Shown: one piece after another, positions 16,020-19,493 of the stretch | How the letters are laid out: every line of letters starts with the position of its first letter | How positions within the stretch are numbered: the first letter of the stretch is position 1 | DNA from: Candidatus Bipolaricaulia bacterium | Lineage (GTDB): Bacteria > Bipolaricaulota > Bipolaricaulia > JBHIAT01 | Length of the DNA: 19,493 nucleotides | NCBI GenBank assembly: GCA_046758705.1 | Contig: JBHIAT010000058.1 | Location: forward strand, 1 to 19,493 | Reading direction: 5' to 3' | Made by a program: the position numbers and the translations under genes | Notes under the pieces: model-generated | Databases searched by the model: none | Told to the model about the DNA's origin: nothing | Seen by the model: the letters and a program-made list of their open reading frames with translations, nothing else

Positions 16020-16048
16020 AGTTTACTCGCTACTCTGAGGATCGTCAA
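16020..16048 (-). promoter_or_regulatory. Putative promoter for infB
   Basis: TTGACG (16043-16048), 17 nt spacer, TAAACT (16020-16025) on the minus strand. Confidence 0.65.
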
Positions 16049-16081
16049 GTGTAGGCTATCGCATTGATCTTTCGTGGCCGC

Positions 16082-16618
16082 TCAGTATTCGACCGTCGGT
16101 TCATCGCGTTCGGCGCGGCGGTTGACGACCCGGGCAAGGACGAACAACAGATCCGAAAGCCGGTTTAGGTATTTGATCACCTCGTCGTTAATCTCCTCCG
16201 ACTCGGCTAATCGGACGGTCATCCGTTCCGCCCGGCGGGCGACCGTCCGGGCGAGGTGGAGCAACGCCCCACCCGGGGTGCCTCCCGGCAGGATGAACTG
16301 GGAGAGCGGCTGAAGCTCCTGCTCGTAGCGATCGATCCACGCCTCCAGGGCGGCGACGTGGTCGGGCGTGATCTTAGGGCTCTCCCGGCGGCGATCGACG
16401 GTGGCGAGGTCCGCCCCCAGGATGAACAGTTCGTTCTGCAGCCTCCCGATCAGCTCTCCGACCTCCTGGTCATCGATTCGGGTGACGGCCACCCCCAACA
16501 GGGCGTTCAGTTCATCCACCGTGCCGTAAGCCTCTACTCGAGGTGAGCCCTTGCTCACCCGCCCGCCCCGGTACAGGCTGGTCTCACCCTGATCACCGGT
16601 TCTGGTGTAGATCTTCAT
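16082..16618 (-). CDS. pduO: PduO-type ATP:cob(I)alamin adenosyltransferase
   Basis: MKIYTRTGDQGETSL, EAYGTVDELNA, LQNELFILGADLA, FILPGG, ARTVARRAER, YLNRLSDLLFVLAR. Confidence 0.95.
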   Translation of the reverse strand: MKIYTRTGDQGETSLYRGGRVSKGSPRVEAYGTVDELNALLGVAVTRIDDQEVGELIGRLQNELFILGADLATVDRRRESPKITPDHVAALEAWIDRYEQELQPLSQFILPGGTPGGALLHLARTVARRAERMTVRLAESEEINDEVIKYLNRLSDLLFVLARVVNRRAERDEPTVEY

Positions 16619-17031
16619 CCGATTGAGACGGGTCGGAACCCTGGGACGACGACCCCGTCCACCTCGATCGGCTCCACGGCTGCGACGCGCATACCGACGG
16701 CGATCGTTTCGGCCGGCTCCCCAACCCCAACCAGGCGACCCATGACCCGTCCCCCCCCGTCCAGGTCCACGATGGCGACGGTGATCGACTCCTGATCTCC
16801 AAACCGCTCGGGCAGGACGTGGATGATCGTGTAGGTATAGAGCTCTCCGGTCGTTTCGAGCTCGGTCACCTTCAGATCACCGTTGCCGCAGTCCGGACAG
16901 GTCAACCGCGTGTTGACCATGATCCGGTCACAGTTTGAACACCGCAGCCCCAGCAGTTTCCCATCACGCAATGCCTGCTGGTATTCGTGCTGAGTGAGCG
17001 CTATCCGGCTCGCTGTTGTTTTCGTTTCCAT
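16615..17031 (-). CDS. DUF35-family Zn-ribbon/OB-fold protein (thiolase partner)
   Basis: GKLLGLRCSNC...CPDCG zinc ribbon followed by GELYTYTII...VAIVDLDGGGRVMGRL...VGMRV OB fold; directly downstream of a thiolase. Confidence 0.9.
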   Translation of the reverse strand: METKTTASRIALTQHEYQQALRDGKLLGLRCSNCDRIMVNTRLTCPDCGNGDLKVTELETTGELYTYTIIHVLPERFGDQESITVAIVDLDGGGRVMGRLVGVGEPAETIAVGMRVAAVEPIEVDGVVVPGFRPVSIG

Positions 17032-17036
17032 GTTCC

Positions 17037-18224
17037 TTATCGCTCCCTCCCTAGGATCGTGACGACGGTGGTGGCTGCATCTCCGCCGAGGTTATGGGCC
17101 AGGCCGATCTCGGCTCTGTCCACCTGACGCTCACCACAGCGTCCCAGAAGCTGGTCGGTCAACTCGACGATCTGGGCGGCCCCGGTGGCGCCGATCGGGT
17201 GGCCCTTGGCCTTCAGCCCGCCGGACGGGTTGACCGGGATCTCTCCGCCGAGCGCGGTGCGTCCTTCTTCGGCAGCCGGACCACCTGTGCCGATGTCAAA
17301 CAGCCCCAGCGCTTCGGTGGCGATGATCTCAGCCGAGGTAAAGCAGTCGTGGAGTTCGACCACGTCCACGTCCTGAGGTCCGAGCCCCGCCTGATCGTAG
17401 GCCTGCTGCGCCGCCCGCTCGGCCGCTGAGGTACGGGCGAGGTCGGCCTTGTCGTGGAGTGGGACGGTACCGCTCGCGTGACCGATCCCCAGGATCTTCA
17501 CCCGATCCCGATGAACGGCTCGAGCGACCTTCGCAGAGGCGAGCAGGACCGCCGCCGCTCCATCGCTGAACGGACAGCAGTCGAACAGCTTGAACGGTGA
17601 AGCGATGATCGGGCTGGCCAAGACTTGCTCAACGGTGATCTCTTTCCTGAAGTGAGCTTTTGGGTTGAGGACTCCATGATGATGGCTCTTCACGGCGACC
17701 GCTGCCATCTGCTCCTCGGTCGTTCCGTACTGATACATATGCCGGCAGGCCATCAGCGCGAACACCCCGGGGAAGGTGAGGCCGACCGGCTGCTCGTAGT
17801 GGGCATGTGCAGAGGTGGCGAACACCTGGGTCATTCCCCGGGAGTCCAGACCGGTCGCCTCGGTCGTCTTCTCCACCCCGGCGACGAGTACCAAGTCGTA
17901 GAACCCGCCGACGATCCCCATATAGGCGTGCTTGAGGGCATTGGATGAAGTGGCGCACGCATCCTCGAACCGGGTGGTGGGGACCTCGTCGAGACCTAGG
18001 GTCGAGGCACACAACGGTCCCATATGGGTCTGATGCTCGGAGAACCCTCCCAAGGCATTGCCCAAGTAGATCGCCTCGATCTCCTGCATGGAGACACCGG
18101 CATCGGTGACCGCCTCGAGCGTTGCCTCGGCCAACAGCTCTGGGCCCGGCTCCTCCAGGACGCCGAACTGGGTGATCCCAACGCCAATCACGTACACATC
18201 TCTATCGTTATCGCTCTTGGCCAT
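17037..18224 (-). CDS. Thiolase of the SCP-x/archaeal acetyl-CoA acyltransferase-like class
   Basis: EDACATSS (nucleophilic Cys), LFDCCPFSDGAAAV, VELHDCF, VNPSGGLKAKGHPIGATG, LAHNLGG. Confidence 0.92.
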   Translation of the reverse strand: MAKSDNDRDVYVIGVGITQFGVLEEPGPELLAEATLEAVTDAGVSMQEIEAIYLGNALGGFSEHQTHMGPLCASTLGLDEVPTTRFEDACATSSNALKHAYMGIVGGFYDLVLVAGVEKTTEATGLDSRGMTQVFATSAHAHYEQPVGLTFPGVFALMACRHMYQYGTTEEQMAAVAVKSHHHGVLNPKAHFRKEITVEQVLASPIIASPFKLFDCCPFSDGAAAVLLASAKVARAVHRDRVKILGIGHASGTVPLHDKADLARTSAAERAAQQAYDQAGLGPQDVDVVELHDCFTSAEIIATEALGLFDIGTGGPAAEEGRTALGGEIPVNPSGGLKAKGHPIGATGAAQIVELTDQLLGRCGERQVDRAEIGLAHNLGGDAATTVVTILGRER

Positions 18225-18264
18225 AGTGGCCTTCCGTGCTTGATCGTACTAAAGATCTAATATA

Positions 18265-19419
18265 CTAATAAGAGCCCTGATCGGCCAGTCGACGAAAGAT
18301 GACCAGCTTCTGAATCTCGCTTGTCCCCTCGAAGATCCGGTTGATCCGGGCATCTCGGTAGAAACGCTCGATCGGATACTCCGTCATGTAGCCCATCCCA
18401 CCATGGATTTGAACCGCTTTGTCGACGATGTCGTCGAGCATCTCCGAGGCGACCAGCTTGGTGATCGCCGACTCCCGGGTGAACGGTCGACCGCTGTCGT
18501 GGAGCCAGGCAGTGCGGTAGGTGAAGCTCTCCATCGCGTAGGTCTGAGCGGTCATCTCGGCGAGCATGAACTGGATCGCTTGATGCTGGGCGATCGGCCG
18601 ATCGAACTGTTCACGCTCCTGAGCAAAGGCAAGCGACAGGTTGATGAGCTCCTTGGCGGCACCGACACAGCCGGCCGCTAAGCCCAGCCGGCCGCGGTCG
18701 AGCACTTGCATCGCCGTCTTGAACCCGGCGCCCACCTCGCCGATGACGTTCTCGGCTGGCACCTCGACGTCCGTGAAGCTGAGTTGCGCCGATCGAGCGC
18801 CGCGGATCCCCATCTTCTCCTCGACCTGCTCCACTGCGAACCCGTCCATCTCCGATTCGACGACGAACGCGGTGATGCCGCCGCGTGCCCCCAGGGTCTT
18901 GTCGGTGACGGCGAAGACGACGATCACGTCGGCGATGTCCCCGTTGGTGATATAGATCTTGGTGCCGTTGAGAAGATAACTGCCATCGGTCTCTTCAGCG
19001 GTCGTCCGGAGCGCTCCCGCATCCGAGCCGGCCTCCGGCTCGGTGAGCGCGAACGCCCCGATCTTCTCCCCCCGGGCCATCGGTTTCAGATACCGCTGCT
19101 TCAGCTCCTCGCTCCCGTCCAGATAGATGCCGGTGCACGCCAGGCTCTCATGGGCTCCGACCATCACCGCCACCGATGAGCTGCCCCGCGTGAGCTCTTC
19201 GACGACAATGCAGTAGCCGATCTCCCCGAAGTCGCTGCCGCCGTACTCCTCGGGGAAGGTCACCCCGAAAACCCCGAGTTCTGCCAGGGCCTTGATCAAC
19301 GCCTCCGGAATGCGGGCCTCCTCATCGATCTGTCGCGCCAGTGGCTTGATCTCCTCCTCGACGAACGCGTGGACCGTACGGCGCAGCATCTTATGTTCTT
19401 CGTTGAACTCGAAGTCCAT
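18265..19419 (-). CDS. Acyl-CoA dehydrogenase (short/branched-chain-like)
   Basis: AFALTEPEAGSDA, LNGTKIYITNG, EKMGIRG, REQFDRPI, VQIHGGMGY, RDARINRIFEGTSEIQ. Start re-called at ATG 19419 with SD GGAGGTGA 19422-19429. Confidence 0.95.
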   Translation of the reverse strand: MDFEFNEEHKMLRRTVHAFVEEEIKPLARQIDEEARIPEALIKALAELGVFGVTFPEEYGGSDFGEIGYCIVVEELTRGSSSVAVMVGAHESLACTGIYLDGSEELKQRYLKPMARGEKIGAFALTEPEAGSDAGALRTTAEETDGSYLLNGTKIYITNGDIADVIVVFAVTDKTLGARGGITAFVVESEMDGFAVEQVEEKMGIRGARSAQLSFTDVEVPAENVIGEVGAGFKTAMQVLDRGRLGLAAGCVGAAKELINLSLAFAQEREQFDRPIAQHQAIQFMLAEMTAQTYAMESFTYRTAWLHDSGRPFTRESAITKLVASEMLDDIVDKAVQIHGGMGYMTEYPIERFYRDARINRIFEGTSEIQKLVIFRRLADQGSY

Positions 19420-19452
19420 GCTCACCTCCGTCTCCAACTGACCTATTTACTT

Positions 19453-19481
19453 AATTTACTTACATTATTATTATCGGTCAA
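19453..19481 (-). promoter_or_regulatory. Putative promoter of the acyl-CoA dehydrogenase operon
   Basis: TTGACC (19476-19481), 17 nt spacer, TAAATT (19453-19458) on the minus strand, in an AT-rich tract. Confidence 0.6.
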
Positions 19482-19493
19482 TACACCGGACTT

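Noticed and set aside
1-19493. CRISPR array, tRNA or rRNA genes
   Set aside because: Intergenic spaces are short; no regularly spaced repeats or cloverleaf signatures were seen.

Overview
A GC-rich (~60%) bacterial chromosomal window, mostly housekeeping genes with one accessory-looking block. On the - strand at the left are secA (runs off the left edge) and a 771-aa protein fusing a SigB/SigF-like sigma-factor N-terminus (regions 2, 3 and the start of 4.1, no 4.2 helix-turn-helix) to two GAF domains and an HD-GYP phosphodiesterase domain. This fusion is the most unusual element. Next come a YprB/MrfB-like DEDD exonuclease (+), a lower-GC RHH-PIN (vapBC-type) toxin-antitoxin pair (-) with a clear promoter and operator palindrome, a YqhH-like SNF2 ATPase and YqhG-like partner (+), xseA-xseB (+) and an atypical trxB (+). 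The right half is on the - strand: acyl-CoA dehydrogenase, thiolase, DUF35 protein and PduO-type cobalamin adenosyltransferase, then a separately promoted infB-DUF503-rbfA-lipoprotein unit. CGATCG is strongly over-represented. I saw no rRNA, tRNA, CRISPR array or IS element. All calls come from motif recognition by eye; no database searches were run.
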